A DNA stretch of 64,000 nt from Octopus vulgaris (GCA_951406725.2 OX597814.1:88660001-88724000), one strand, 5' to 3'. Counted from the first letter of the stretch, positions 28,536 to 43,260 are shown. Translations and numbers: made by a program. Notes: generated by a model from the letters alone, not told the origin.

Positions 28536-29669
28536 ATATAGCATTTGTATCATAGTTCACTGGAATGCTCTGTAGATTGTGCTATGTGCGATTATGAATT
28601 AAATTAGCGGCTCTCACCTTTCAGCGAATCAATTTTACCGGGACGCCTGGAGAGCAGTGTATAAACAACATCATGACGCTGTAATCACCTGCTCGTCCAT
28701 GTGTTGTTTACTTAAAGTGTCTGTTGAGTTCGTTATTTTTGTTCTTGTATAGCCCCAGATCAACTGACATCGAGTAAACCTATGATAAAAACCTTCAAGC
28801 CGTAACTATCACATTTTTTTAAAGAGTATCCCAGATTGTATCATCCGGGATACACGGGTAGCGTGTGATTTGAGGGAAATTTGGTTGCCTTTTCTAGTTG
28901 GTCGAGCGTTGAGCTTTGATTTGTAATTAAATGTTTTATACACAGGCATTTCTGGAGAACACATTTGTTTTGTTTTTTCTACTGAACAATCATAGTTAAA
29001 TATCCCTTTCAGCTATTAATGGCAATTACTGGTTTGTGGGTGCGAATGTGTATGTGTATGTGTTTGCGAGTATATATGTCCGTGTGAGTGTGTGTGTGTC
29101 TGTTTATATTTGTCAATGTAACTATGTTATTGTAAGTTAATTGTAACATGTTAATTGATATTACTACTGCAATTGTTTATCTTCCTTCTACTTAGGAGCC
29201 GATCTACTACAGTGTGTGTATGTGTGTATGAGTGAGAGAGAGTGTAAATGTGTGTACGTGTGAATGTGTATTTGTAATGGTAATAAACTTAATTTGAACT
29301 CTATTTAGGGGCGAAATGAGAGTTTGTAACACTGAGGCTTTTTTTTTAAAGCATTAGCAGAAGAAGCAAAGTAAATTTTCATCAACCGAGAATCGAAACT
29401 TTTGCTTAATTTGCTAGGAGCTGAAATTACTTCAAGATCTTTGGCATCAACCATAAACATTATAACTAGTGCTATCAGTGGAAATTCTCTGTTTTACAAA
29501 TATTATCTTTATTTGATAATTTGATCCATCTACTTTTATAACAAAGTGGGTGGTTTCGCCGAATTGTGACAGCGTCAGCAAAATGCTTCGCAGTGTTTAT
29601 TGCAGTTCCTTACGGTACTCTGAGATCAAATTTTCGAAGTTGTTAAAATAAAGTACTGGTCAAGTGCTG

Positions 29670-29890
29670 AAGTGGAAACGTGTGGCTTAATGATCGCGAG
29701 ATTGCGGCTTCGATTTCTCAATTAAGCGTTGCGTTGTGTTCTTCAGCAAGACACTTCATTTCACGTTGCTCCAGTCCACTCAGCTGGCAAAACCGAATAA
29801 TCCTGAGGTGGATAGGCATTCCGTCTAGGGAGGACCTGAGAACCCCGGAAACCAGCTCCATAATTCCATGAAACTCTGGTAGGAAATTTT
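29670..29890 (+). mobile_element. Third tRNA-derived SINE family (V/CORE-like central domain)
   Basis: gttgtgttcttcagcaagacacttcatttcacgttgctccagtccactcagctgg; related copy at 63305-63480. Confidence 0.6.
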
Positions 29891-30084
29891 ATTCGCAAGT
29901 ACTGAAGTAGGTAGTGTTGACTAACCCCACTTCTCCTTTCAAATCTGCAGACCTTGTGCCTAAATTAGAAATTATTATGCTGAAGATTTTGATTATATGT
30001 TCATTCCTTAATTAAAGTTGTTAAAAGCTCTATGCTCGAACGTATATTGTTAAGAGCAGAATTATGTGGAACATTATCATTGCT

Positions 30085-31520
30085 AGCATTTTACATCCAT
30101 CTGCGTTGTAAATTCAACTCCCACTGAGGTCAGGGTCGATAAAGTGACTATCAACCAAATATAACTGCGGTTGAGATAATCGATTAAACTTCTTCCCAAA
30201 AGCCTAGGATATGTAATTTTGTATCTAAGATAGAAATCATTGTTATTTTTAGTGTTAAGGCAGCGAGCTGGCAGAATTGTTAGCACGCTAGACAAAACGC
30301 TTGGCAGCATTTCGTCGCCCGGCTTTACGTTCTGAGTTCAAATTCCACCGAGGTCGACTTTACCTTTCATCCTTTCGGGGTCAATAGAATAAGTACCACT
30401 TGAGCTCTGGAATCGATGTAATCGACTTAACCTCTCTCCAGAATTGCTGACCTTGTGCTAAAATTTGAAACCGTTATTACTGTTAGCGCTAAGGCGGCGA
30501 GCTGGCAGAATCGTTAGCACACCGGGCGAATTGCTTAGCAGTATTTCGTCTGCCGCTACGTTCCGAGTTCAAATTCCGCCGAGGTCGACTTTGCCTTTCA
30601 TCCTTTCGGGGTCGATAAATTAAGTACCAGTTACGCACTAGGGTCGGTGTAATTGACTTAATCCTTTTGTCTGTCGTTTTTGTCCCCTCTATGTTTAAGC
30701 CCCTTGTGGCCAATAAAGAAATAAGAATCGTTAATCCACCGGACAAAATGCATTGTGGCATTTCTTCTGAGGTCAACTTTATCTTTCTGAGCACTGGGGT
30801 CGGTGTAATCGACTTAACCCGTCTCCTAAAATTGTTAGTTTTGTGCCAAAATTGAAACCGTTGTTATTGTTTCGGTGGAGGAATTAAATTAATTACATCG
30901 ACCTCAGTGTTCAACTGATATTTATTTTATCGATCCCGAAAGACAGGCGAAATGCCATTAAGAATTTTTTTCCTCAGCACTGTAACAATTCTGCTAATTC
31001 GCCGCCTTTTTTTATGTAAAAATATTAATAAAGACATTGCGAATTGTGTCAACAATCTCAGTCAACAAGTTTGCCATAATAAAAAAGAAACTATTAAAAT
31101 ATAAAATATGTCTGAAACGTCATCTTCACGACAGTGAAATAGTTGATGAAAATGAAAGAATATTGATGATAAGAAGATTCCATACATTGTCACCCGTTCG
31201 CATTTATTTATATTGAGTTCAAATTTTGGCATAAGGCCAACAATTTCGGGAGCGGAATTTAAGATCAGAAACTGAGACGAACATAATACCTATTTCTTTA
31301 CTACCCACAAGGAGCTAAACACAGAGGGGACAAACGGACAGACAAACGGATTAAGTCGATTACATCGATCCCAGTGCGTAACTGGTACTTATTTAATCGA
31401 CCCCGAAAGGATGAAAGGCAAAGTCGACCTCGGCGGAATTTGAACTCAGAACGTAGCGACAGACGAAATACTGCTAAGCATTTCGCCCGGCGTGCTAACG
31501 TTTCTGCCAGCTCGCCACCT
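30085..31520. mobile_element. Cluster of Meta-domain-like SINEs (plus: 30085-30860; minus: 30875-31010, 31220-31520)
   Basis: Repeated gaggtcgactttgcctttcatcctttcggggtcga cores. Confidence 0.9.
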
Positions 31521-32831
31521 TCACACTTATTATATTGACCACCGAAAAATGAAAGACAAAGCAAGCATCAATGAAACTTGAACTGAGAACTTAAAGGTTC
31601 TAATACTTTCCAGTACCCAGCCGATTTTCGATCCATTTCCCTAAGAGTTCTTAAATATTTTGGTACGTGCAAAAAAAAAAAAATAAATAAATAACATTAC
31701 TTGATGTCTAAGATTTTACTTTTTTTTATCGTAGGTACACAAGAAACAGACAGGAAACAACTTCATATGCAGTTCACCTTACTCAGATTTGTCAGTGGAA
31801 AAACAAATCACTTTAACTTGTCGGTGATAGCAATTGAATAAGGGAGTAAATATAGAAAGCTAAAGTATTTTGCTGATACAGCAAGATCGCATTTTCATGG
31901 ATGATCTTCAACAAGACACAATGCAGTGGGTGCTGCTTCCCATGCTAGCTGACGAAAAGAAAAACAAAATGACTTTTTAATATTATGCTAATAATTTTAT
32001 CTCTATCATATTGAGATGCAATTGGAGTCTTAGAAAATCTAATTTGTCAGTATTTCTCTATATTTGCGCCAATAAATAAATAGGTGTTCTCTATATTTGC
32101 GCCAATAAATAGGTGTAAATATTTTATACGATTCTTTTTACATAATCTGCTAAAGCTCAGATCCGTTCTGGCTTATGTATGCTGAAATTCCACCACTTTT
32201 TGTTAACTATCTATTTAGCACATCCATACGCTAACATACCATTATCTTTTTTTTTTATTGTTTTAGGAAGCATTAGATTCAAGTTCACCAATTCCGGTTT
32301 AACACATCCACTTCGACTTTTGTGGTTTTCGGTGGAATCTATTCTATTGCAAGCATTTGGACCAAATGCCTCATTGCCCACCTTTATTTTCTATTTTCTT
32401 CTCTTTTGTTTCTTTCTGCAAGCATTGACCTAGTGTCAGCCGCATCAACGCTCTTATCCTGAAACGTTTCTACAAACAGATGGGTACAACTCCTCTTCCT
32501 CGGATTAACTCATAAAAATAAGGTAAAAAATGTAAAAAAAACACACACACTCACACACACATGCATACGAAGTTAGCAACAACAATAATAACAATAATAG
32601 TTTTAAAATTTGGCACAAGGCCAGAAATGTTGAGGACGAGGGTTAGTCGATTACATCGACCACAGTATTCAACTGGTACTTATCTTATCGACACTGAAAG
32701 CATTAAAGACAGAACAGACGTCGCGGACCCCTTTCGGGGTCGTTGAAATATCTACCAGCTGAGGAGTGGGGCCGATGCAATCGACTTAACCCCTTCTCTG
32801 GATTTGCTGGTTTTGTACCAAAATTTGAAAA

Positions 32832-32868
<37 letters not shown>

Positions 32869-32989
32869 GTCATCATTATTATTATCATTTTTATTATAGA
32901 CGTCGCACAGTATACAATATCATGAGGTTGTTGATTGAAGATATTGTGTCTACTGGGGCTTTGTACTGTTTGTTAAGGCACAACAAGTA

Positions 32990-33330
32990 CTTCAGATACA
33001 CAGTACTTTAGGCAATGTGCGTGCAGTTCCAAGTAATAGCAAATTTTGCAATACATCTAGACTGTAGGGTATCTCTAAGATTTTCAGATGTTTTTTTTTT
33101 TTTTCAGATTGGGTGGTATTTTCAGATGTTTTTTTTTTCAGATTGGGTGGTATTGAGCCCAATGCTCCGATGACAAATGGGATAACCTTTATGTTCGACT
33201 CTCGTCGCTGCCACGTCTTAGCGATCTCAATTCTCAGGTCTCCATATTTATCAACTTTTCTTTCAAATGGTGGTGATAAAACCAGACAGCAGATTAAATG
33301 TACCACTTGAAAACAATAAAACGATTTATC
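32990..33330 (-). mobile_element. R4/Dong endonuclease C-terminal fragment
   Basis: KVDKYGDLRIEIAKTW...VIPFVIGALGSIP...LQNLLLLGTARTL. Confidence 0.85.
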
Positions 33331-36029
33331 CGGTGTGCATCTGTGCAGCTTCCGTTCAAGTAATTTCAATCACGTGACTTGGATTTACATAGATAGAGTT
33401 TAATAGAAGACACCTGACTGAGGTGCCGCTGTAGAATTGAACCCAGAACAATGTGATTGCCTAACGACCTCTTACTGTTACGGTCTGTTGTAGTTCACTT
33501 GTTTATTGTATTCGTAGAATCGGTAAAACGTAATGGGAAGTATTTAGTTGTGAGTTCAACTAACGCAGAAGTCCACTTCGCCTTTCATCCTTTCGAAGGT
33601 CAATAAAATATCTGTCGACTGAAATGTTGGCCTTAGCTTTTAAAACAACAATTGACAGTATACTTTTATTTTTTTCTTTATTCATTTTATTTATTATTGT
33701 ACAGCAGTCATAACAATCAACGGCTGCAGCTTGTTCGTTCTGCTCGAAATAGGTGACATATTTTTTCGAAAACTACTTCTAACAAAACGGATTGGGCACG
33801 GCTGGAGTTCATTCATTATAGGTTAACTTGTTCATGGTTGAGCTGGGGAAAAACAAAACAACAACATAAATGATTATGGGTGCTATTCGCGGAATGTGTC
33901 TTCTCCGTTAGAAGACCAAAATGGCCGAATGTAAAACAGATAAGGCGCCATTTAGCTGAGCCGTCACCACCGATGAAAACAGTACCGCACACGCCATTGT
34001 TGACAGCTATCAGACATAAAATAATAACTTCGCTACTGTATAATGCTAACTAGAGTGACAATAACAAAACAGTGTGTATATATCTAAACATAAACAAGGA
34101 ACATTAAGAAGGAAGACGCTCGGTTTACACACACACATTTATATATATGTATATATGCATGTATGTATATATGTATAAGTGTATATATGTTTGTATATAC
34201 GTATTATACATATATGTATATAATACACATACGTATATATGTATGTATATTTCCATACCTGGTTACGTACACTCACGCGCATACTCATACACAAACAATT
34301 ACACATATATCATTTTCATATATTCATTTGTCTGCGCGTACATAGATACATATGCGTATATGTGCGCATACATATGTGTTTGCACACGCGTGAGTATGAG
34401 TACAAATATAAGTACATGTGTACTTTAATGTATGTGCAGGTGAGTGAGTGTGCGACATCCATAAACATGGTCGCATATTTATATGACGTATGTGTGTACC
34501 GATGTACGCTTATAATTGTGTTTTGATAAACTGGATTATTTCCTCAAGATTAAAGTTTTCGTGCCATTGACGTTAGTCGTGCGTACTCAGTGGTATTGGT
34601 GATGATTATGGTTGTGGTGGTGCAGGTGTGGAGGGTAGTAGTAGTAGTAGTGGTGGTTTTTATCACCACCAATTTTCTGTCTGCGTCCAGGAAGTTCGTC
34701 CCTACCTCTCGATCGAAGCATTTTCAAACTGCCACTGTCACTTTAGCAAGCAAGTCTGGCCAACCAGATGATGTGTATATTTCGTATCCGTGTGAAATTG
34801 GTGCGAGTGGGTGTATCCTGAAAATTTATATAGCTAAGTTCGTCGAGCAAACAACTTTGCTTCCAAGCCTACCCCACCCAACGTATATTGACACATCCTA
34901 CTCTGAGTACAGTTATGTTGGTTCAAGAACAGACAAAAAGAAACTGTTACTTAGATTTAGTTTGTCATGAAGAAAGCCACATGATCTGGTCTTTTCGTTA
35001 GTGGAAGTCTGATAATTGAGAGACCTCTCTAAAATGATATAATGCAGTTTTTATGAAATAGTTCTAAGGTGCGTCATGTAGAGCGTGAGACTGTCTGAGT
35101 AGCTTTTGTTGTAGTCCTTTTGTTTTTTTACGTACGTATTTTGTAAGTAAGTTTTTCGAAACTCAACCCTTTGGTATGTATGCTTTTGTCATTTGTTATC
35201 TCTTCACCCAAATCACTGTTTCTCTTTCGGACTGCTTAAATCTTATGGAGTGGAACAAGTTTTGTGTTTACGGCAGCGTGTTTCTTTTGTTTTTTATTGC
35301 ATTTGTTTTACCTTTTGTTCTTTCTTTTGTGATTTTGTTTCTGTGCTTTTTTTTTATTTTGTTGTTGTTATTGTGGTTATGGTGACTGTAGTAGTTGTGG
35401 TGATAATAGTGGATGGCTAGTGGTTGGTCTTTCTGTTACCTCGTGAAACCATTCGACTTCAAGTTTAGCGTAGACATCTTTTTGTATTTTTGTGCCGCTT
35501 TTCCTCGAAGAAACCATCACCATCCATTTATTATTCTCTTATATTTCTCCAAGCTTCATCCTGACTACCACCATAAAACAATGGTGAGGAACTACTACTT
35601 AGAATTCCTGAAAAACTCCCAAATTGAGGAGGATAGTCCCAGCTTTTTCATATCCTGCTTCATCGGCTCTTGGTGCTAGTGGTTTTGAATAAGAAACGAT
35701 TCCGTTTGTTTCAGAGTTCCAACGATACGTGCTGTTCTAGCAGTAGCAACAGCAGCGATGTTCTTCTTTTCTGTCACAGGTATATCAGGGACTGCAATCA
35801 TTGTTCCTTACTGCTCTTTGCTACCCACCTTCTTTATTTCATTTTTCCTTTTCTAATGAGCAGAAGATCACCGAGTAGTGTTTGTTGCGCAAAGGTCGCG
35901 CACGAGTAAAATAACACTTGACATAACATTTTCATATTTGTTATTTTTTGTAAGAACATGCAATAAATGAGGATTTTTTAAAATTTTAAAGTCATGTCAA
36001 AATTTTTTTAAATGTTAATTTCGCCAATT

Positions 36030-36410
36030 GATGGATTGGCAAACGAAGTCCTGTGTCTTGGCTTGTGATGTCCCCAGACCTAACTTGCCTTGATTTTTTC
36101 CTATAGGATATCTTAAATGTCAATACAAGTTGTCCAAGAAGTGTTGAAGAATTAAAAGAAAACATATGAATTCAATGTGCAAAGATTGACACTGTAGTGT
36201 TGAATAATGTATAAAGTTCTCTTTGGTTTCGTTTTCAGAAATCTAATGAGTGTGAGAGAAATCAATCTGAACAATTATTCTAACCGTGTATTTTTTTGTG
36301 AGTTAACGATTTTGTGATAATGAATGTTACGTAAGTAAGATAAAAGATTATTGTATTTCCTATATAAACAGCTTTTAGGGTGGTGCGTGACTTTTATGCT
36401 ATCCTGTATA
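36030..36410 (+). mobile_element. Tc1/mariner-superfamily transposase 3' remnant
   Basis: IGKRSPVSWLVMSPDLTCLDFFL*GYLK resembles WPPRSPDLTPLDFFLWGYLK; ends ...atcctg-TA. Confidence 0.75.
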
Positions 36411-38125
36411 TCAACTCGACCTTTTATTCAGCACCAACGCAATTTGATTAACCTTATCTCCGCTCCCTTTATGGAGTATAACTCCGAAAAAAACTGTACT
36501 CTTCGGTGATAACCAAGACCTGGAAGCTTGTATAGATTCCACTTGGCCCCATGTTGTGGGTTACCTCCGAGTACACAACTTACTGTGTGCTTGTTTATAA
36601 CAAGCAAAAGCCTAATATCAGTACTTTTGACTACATTTCTTGCTTCTTTTTCTCTATGTATTACGGCAGTACTCTGTAAGAAAGGTGCGTAGCGGCCAGC
36701 TTTGTTTCCTCTACTAAAGAACAAGCACACACTTCCAACAAACCCCGCTTTAGTTTAGGGAACACATTTCCAACAAACTCCTTCTTCCAGGGCATATGAA
36801 AACCTTCTTGTTATTCACACCACAGAGCTATGTTACTGTCTTTCTCGACCTTTCTTGGATAAATTCTCTGTACCTGGTGGCATTGTCTTTTTTGACACAT
36901 ACCGGCCATTGCGTGTCCTTTCCTGGCCCTCATTGAGGAACTCCCTATTATCAACCTTTTCAGCAAACACTTATTGATATTATTGTTGGTGCTCATACTC
37001 TACATTTTTGTCCTTTTCAATCTGTTTACAAAGCCATTTCTGTTTGTGTCAACCATTGTGCGACTGTAAATATTTATGCGTGAAAATCTTTTTCGATTTT
37101 CTCACTGTTTAATCTTTATATGCTTTCATATTTTAAAATATTTTTAATGAGGAGGGCGGCAATTATTTAGAGTTATTTTGAAACCGCTGCTGTTGCTGCT
37201 GCTGCTGCTACTACTACTACTACTTCCACCTTTACAAGTAATCCTATTAATGCAAGAAACTCTTTCTGTTACTTATCACCAGAACAACAATACAAATTGT
37301 TATCGTTCAAAAATATATGTAAACTAAAAACCAATGTTTTTAGTTTACTTATATTCTTTTTTTGTTCTATACCAGGGTAAGGGAATGGATGTTCAAATAT
37401 TAGTACCAAGTTTTGGCACAAGACCATCAATTTTGAGGTTTGGGTAAGTCGATTACATCGACGCCAATGTGAAATTTGAACATGCATACACGTTCTCTCT
37501 CTCTCTCTCTCTCTCTTACACACACACACCCTCTCTCTCTGTATCACGGTATCAGTTGACCAGCTTAGAATTCATTAGCACATAAGCGCCCTAACTCTCA
37601 CAAGCTTATTTACCATAAGGCAACACAAACAAATTCACAGAAACCTTCACATTTTGATTCGATTTAGAGAACTTATATTTCTGATCTCGCATTCACTTAC
37701 ACCTCTTTTCACTAAAAGAGAGAGAAAGAACTGTTGACTGTATTCTGTATCACAGCTTATGAAAAAAATCATACTATCTTTTCTTTTGTGTTTCATGGGG
37801 CTAGTATCTTCGATATATCTTTTTTAAATTAATAAAAAAAAAAATGTTCCATTACATTAGCGACATATTCAATGGTCAACGTTATTGTTTGTTAAATATC
37901 AATAGCTGAACATGAGATTCTATATTTGTAAAGGAGAAAAGAATAAAAAAAAACATTATTGTAGCAGCCGTAATTGAAATGAAATGGATTCGATCAAGGA
38001 TCGAAACTGCATCTAGGCCTCAATTCTTTGCTTCATACCACTTATCACAGCTGCCTCTAACATTTTTCATTGTAACTGGACTCAAAACCAACGTTGGAAT
38101 GGAAGGAAATGATTGAGGGAATCTT

Positions 38126-38568
38126 GGATCTTTCCGGTTTGAACGGCAGTTTTTAAAAATAATTTCCACGTAACTAAACACTTTTAAACTTCGTATACTG
38201 GTAGAATGTGTTTATAAAACATATTTTTCTCTTGGCTTTATTGAGAAAATTCTATAGTTTGTAAGATATTTGTTGTTGTTTTTCTTCAATTTCTGCAATT
38301 TCAACCAATCAATGACATCTATTGGGGTGAAAACATTCTGTGCCCTATGAAAATGTCCCTCGTTTAAGAAACAGATTGGGTTTATTTACATTTCTGAAGA
38401 AAAAAAGATACCTTCCCCCACCCCTAACCCTAACCCTAACTAACCCTAACTCTAATCCTAACCCTAAAATAGATTGAAATGCAATAGGTCGATACTTGGG
38501 TCATAACTATGGGTGACAATTTCATATGACACCGCTAGAAAAAACTGCCGTTCAAACCGAAAAGATCC
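38126..38568. mobile_element. MITE with 29-bp TIRs, 8-bp TSD and internal (CCCTAA)n; Merlin-like
   Basis: TIR ggatctttccggtttgaacggcagttttt / aaaaactgccgttcaaaccgaaaagatcc. TSD ggaatctt at 38118-38125 and 38569-38576. Superfamily inferred from GG termini plus the 8-bp TSD. Confidence 0.88.
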
Positions 38569-39521
38569 GGAATCTTTTCTGTGCACTATCGGTATTTATT
38601 AGATTCTGGGATTTGAGTAGCACAGCAGGTTTTGAAACCGAACCGTATGAAACCGCTCCTTCTGGTTCTATGTTACCAACTTCAACTGTTTAAGTGATCT
38701 AAATTAAAGCCTTTCGTCGAAATTTCATGTTAATTTATGTTCCAAACACCAGTGCATTACTGACAAAATTGTTTTATTAAATGCTTTAAATTTTTAAAAA
38801 TTAAATGAAAGACAGAAATATGGTAATCATGTTTATCTTTCGATAATCGTACATTGAAACTGTAACTATGTCTTCAGCAATTTCGGTAAAAGATATTGCT
38901 TTGATTCTTTTTTTTTTATAGCCGAATCAAAAACGGAGAGAAAAAAACCCGAAAAAGAAGGGTAAGCAGTCAAAAATGTAAGGAGCAGCCTTCTTCTCAG
39001 AACAACAACAGAAACATGTTACTTACAGTCGTTCGTAACACTGTAAACAGTGCCTCATAAAAGAATATGTAAATTATGCGGAGATATTGTTGAGATGTGT
39101 TAGAAAACTAAATAAGAAAAGTATATAAGATAGACACAAATAAAAAAGAATTTGGTTAAATTAATAGTATATCAAAACAATTTCAATCCACGCAGATGCT
39201 AACTGTTCATTTGGGTGCACAAAACACCTGTGAGAATTGAGAGAAACGGGAAGGCATGCGAGATGCTCTAATGCAAAGTAACCAATGGGCTATCACTTGC
39301 TGGGTGTGCAGACAGCACCAAATGAATTTCTGCATTAATTTTTAAAATAAATATCTTGTAATTATTATTAACTTTGTATCTAAATTGTTTTTGTTTGTCG
39401 TGGACTCACGCATTTGCAGATCTCCGTTTAGACAGTGATTTTTTCCAGAATTACTTGACTAATAAAAAGTCGTTTCGCCTTGTTTTACCTACAAAAGGCT
39501 TCGCAATATCTGAACATCCGT

Positions 39522-40605
39522 TAAGGCGGTAAGCTGGCAGAATCGTTAGCACGTCGGACAAAATGCTTAGCGGCATTTTATCCGTCTTTACGCTCTGAGT
39601 TCAAATTCCACCGAGGTCGACTTTGCCTTTCATCCTTGCAGGGTCGATAAAAGAAGTACCATTCGAGCACTGGAGCCGATGTAATCGACTTACCCCCTCC
39701 TTCAAAACTGCTAGTCTTGTGCCAAAATTTGAAATCAATATTAATGTGTAATTAAGGTGGCGAGCTGCTAGAATCGATAGCACGTTGGGCAAAATGCTTT
39801 GTGGTATTTCGTCCGCCGCTGCGTCCTAAGTTCAAATTCCGCCGAGGTCGACTTTGGCTTTCATCATTTCGGGGTCGATAAATTGAGTACCAGTTACACA
39901 CTAGGGTCGATATAATCGACTTAATCCGTTTGACTGTCCTTGTTTGTCCTCTCTGTGTTTAGCTCCTTGTGGGTAGTAAAGAAATAGAAATAGGTATTTC
40001 GTCCGTCTTTACGTTCTTTGTTCAAATTCCGCCGAAGTCGTCTTCCATCTTTTGTGGGTTAATAAAAGTTGAGTAGTGGGGTCGATGTAATTTTTTCCCG
40101 AAATTGTTGGCCATGTACCAAACTCTGAAACCAATGTTAATGTGTAAATAGATATGCAAAGAGCTGGCAGAATTACTAAGGGGCTAGCTGGTAGAATCGA
40201 TAGCACACTAGGCAAAATGCTTAGCAGTATTTCGTCTGCCGTTACGCTCTGAGTTCAAATTCCGCCGAGGTCGACTTTGCCTTTCATCCCTTTCGGGGGT
40301 CGATAAATTAAGTACTAGTTACGCACTGGGGTCGATGTAATTGACTTAATCTCTTTGTCTAATCTTGTTTGTCTCCTCTATGCTTAGCCCCTTGTAGGTA
40401 GTAAAGAAATAGGTATTTCGCATACCACTACGTTCTGAGTTCAAATTCCGCCGTGGTCGACTTTGGCTTTCATCATTTCGGGGTCGATTAAATAAGTACC
40501 AGTTACGCACTGGGGTCGATATAATCGGCTTAATCCGTTTGTCTGTCCTTGTTTGTTCCCTCTGTGTTTAGCCCTTTGTGGGAAGAAAAGAAATAGGTAT
40601 TTTGT
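39522..40605 (+). mobile_element. Head-to-tail array of about five Meta-domain-like SINE units
   Basis: Repeated gttcaaattcc.ccgaggtcgactttg cores at about 39600, 39835, 40020, 40255 and 40440. Confidence 0.92.
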
Positions 40606-40929
40606 CATTAAGAATGTGAAACTAAAGACGATTGTATCATCAAAGGTGAAGTTTGAAAAAAAAAAAAACAGATACAGAAATATGTAAATTTAACTACCTC
40701 AATAGCGAATTGTAAGAGTGTGTTAGCATATTTAATGCATGGAACATAAAAATATCTTAATGCATGGAACATAAAAATAACTGAGAACAACTATGGGATA
40801 AGGAAAAAAAAATTCGATGACTTATATATTGTTTTTGTATGTCTCTGAAAACTGTATTTCTCTAGTTACAACAGCTAAGTATCCATTTCTGTAGTTAGCC
40901 AAAATAGAAATGGACAAATAAAAAAATAT

Positions 40930-41732
40930 CAACTTGGTTATAAGTGGGAAATAACAGTTTACTCGAAGTAGCTTCCCTCAGCTTATACTACGGTCTCAAG
41001 ACTGTTCCGGAAATGGCGCAGTCGTTCTTTTCTGTGTCTTGGAAAGATCTTCGAATACGTATTTGATTTTGACCACCAACTCAGCCATGGTGTTGCAGGC
41101 AGGGCGGTTGATGTATTTCTCAACCATACCCCACACATGGTAATCCATGAATTACAATTGGGGGTATTAGGAGGCCAAACATTGGGGTTGAGGATCGTAG
41201 AAATTCTTTGACAACCGCTATTGATACTTTTCGGAGGTTTGGTAAGGAGGCGAATCTTGCTGCCACACATATGGTCTTCCAGTAGCAATTCTCTCCAGCC
41301 AGGGATTCACCATAGTTTCCATCAGCTTCACATAGCCATCTGAATTGAGCCTAAGGCCCTTGTTGAAAAATGTGTTGCAGCAATGTGTTGCGGCATGACG
41401 TTACCCTCTCCGGAGACACATTCAAAGACCATTACCTTCCAGCTGGTCGCGGATGTCGTAGTTTCCGTTGCAGCTGTCTATGTAGCTGTAAAGGTCTTAC
41501 AGCTTTTACAGTGTTCACAGAATATTGAGCAGCAGTCATGGTGTCGCATTTTGAAACGTGGCACGAATCATCATGATACAAGTAACTCTTGTCTTCTCCA
41601 GCATTCGAATGGATTCCAGTCCTTCATGTCAACTTATTTTTTCCAACTACAACTTTAATTCGACTGTTCACCAATACATCAACATCTTCCCGAAAAAGAA
41701 AGAGACATAAAGTCGTCAAATTTAGCCCTGTA
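40930..41732 (-). mobile_element. Tc1/mariner transposase remnant
   Basis: NPNVWPPNTPNCNS..YYVW-like motif (WPPNSPDCNPLDY); terminus ...ccctg-TA near 41730. Confidence 0.75.
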
Positions 41733-42599
41733 CATTAAATAACTAACATCCCATTATCCACTAGGCGTCTGTGAAATATTCGATTTTTTTCCCTAATGAC
41801 CGTACGGATTATTAATTTTGAAATCACTTCAAAGGAAATTATTATGTACATCGAATCACGTGTTGATCTCGTCTTTTCCCACGAAGTCCCTGCCAAATAA
41901 ACGAAATCTTACATTATCATATAATGGTTTACACAAGTAGCTCTTAAACTAAGCGGCAGTACCTCCTACGGAGCGTTGTGAGCAACAAGAGGGCCAAAAT
42001 TGTCAAGAAGATGTTATGGAGAAGCTCAGAATTTAGATAGACCTGTGATTTCTTTTTTGAGAAGTAAAATATTTAGATATTTATTGCAGATATGATAATT
42101 GTATTTTAAACATAGTCAAAATATTTAATTATTTGGAATATGAATCATTGTTATCAGTGAATACAAAATGTGACTGATAAGACGCCTGGGCCCAATATAA
42201 TTGTATGAGATAAGTGCACACTATTTTAAAACCAAAATAGATAATTAATCACTGCATAAAATTAAACAACACACGCGCGCACATGAACATGCATACATTT
42301 AAATAGTCAATTTCTCCTGATAAGAAAAGCTAAATTTTAAACTCCCACCCAAATCAGTCTACCTTTTCTTCTATTCATTAATTGTTCAATTTCGAAATTC
42401 CCACTTGTAAATCTCACAACTCGATAGTTAATATTTGCTGTAACTCAACTGTTTCTTCACTCGAAAATCCGATTCAGGTTTATACTTTCAACACCAGAAA
42501 CACTCACCATCTTCTTCGCTCATTGGATGCATGTATTAAGTATACGGACAGATGGAATCCTTTCTTTCATAGATGGACTCAACCAGAAATGACACGGAG

Positions 42600-43260
42600 C
42601 TGAATAACCACATCGACAATAAATAAGCGTTTGAAAGGAAGGAATGTTTACCGTCTGCAAGGGCCACATTCATTTAAGAAGTGTAGTTCTACATTTCATA
42701 TTGTCATAGAGAATCCACGATGTCCAGCCTGGTCGCAAGCCTGTTCTCTGGCCAGGCCCATATCTACCAGATTCTATGCCACAAACTCAACGAAGTCCCA
42801 AAAGGTCACCTACGTCCCCATTTCTGAGAGAAGCTCTCCCTGGTTTCTTCATGGGCAAACATCTTGCGGTGTCATACAAATTGTATCCCATAAACTATTT
42901 ATCCTGACCCTTCCCATGACTTCTTCCTTTGTTATGTGGTCGCATTAATGAAAATTCTTAGTATGTTTCTAAAGAGACTGCTGTGAAAAATATCGACAGC
43001 TCACAGATTCTGCCGAATTTTTTTCCACGTTTCGCAGGCATAGGTTGTCGTTGCCATAACGATGACGTACACAGGTATAGTTTGGTGCCTTGGTTAACGA
43101 GGGAGTTGAATCAATCAAGCTTCAGCATCAAATAACTGCCACCTTGCTAAGTTCTTTCTCCACATCATTTTTCATGCTTCTATCGTTAGGGATATTGCTG
43201 CCCAGGTATGTGATTACTAGAATCTGATCCTCCGCTTAGACTTTAGCAGCTGTTCTTCAA
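42600..43260 (-). mobile_element. RTE-clade LINE fragment
   Basis: Minus strand reads TYLGSNI..D.S..NDV, YACETW and DHITKEEV. Confidence 0.75.

Noticed and set aside
39522-40605. CRISPR-like or tRNA-cluster appearance of regularly repeated cores
   Set aside because: Units are ~200-bp SINEs with homologous, not unique, intervening sequence; no cas genes; no complete cloverleaf.
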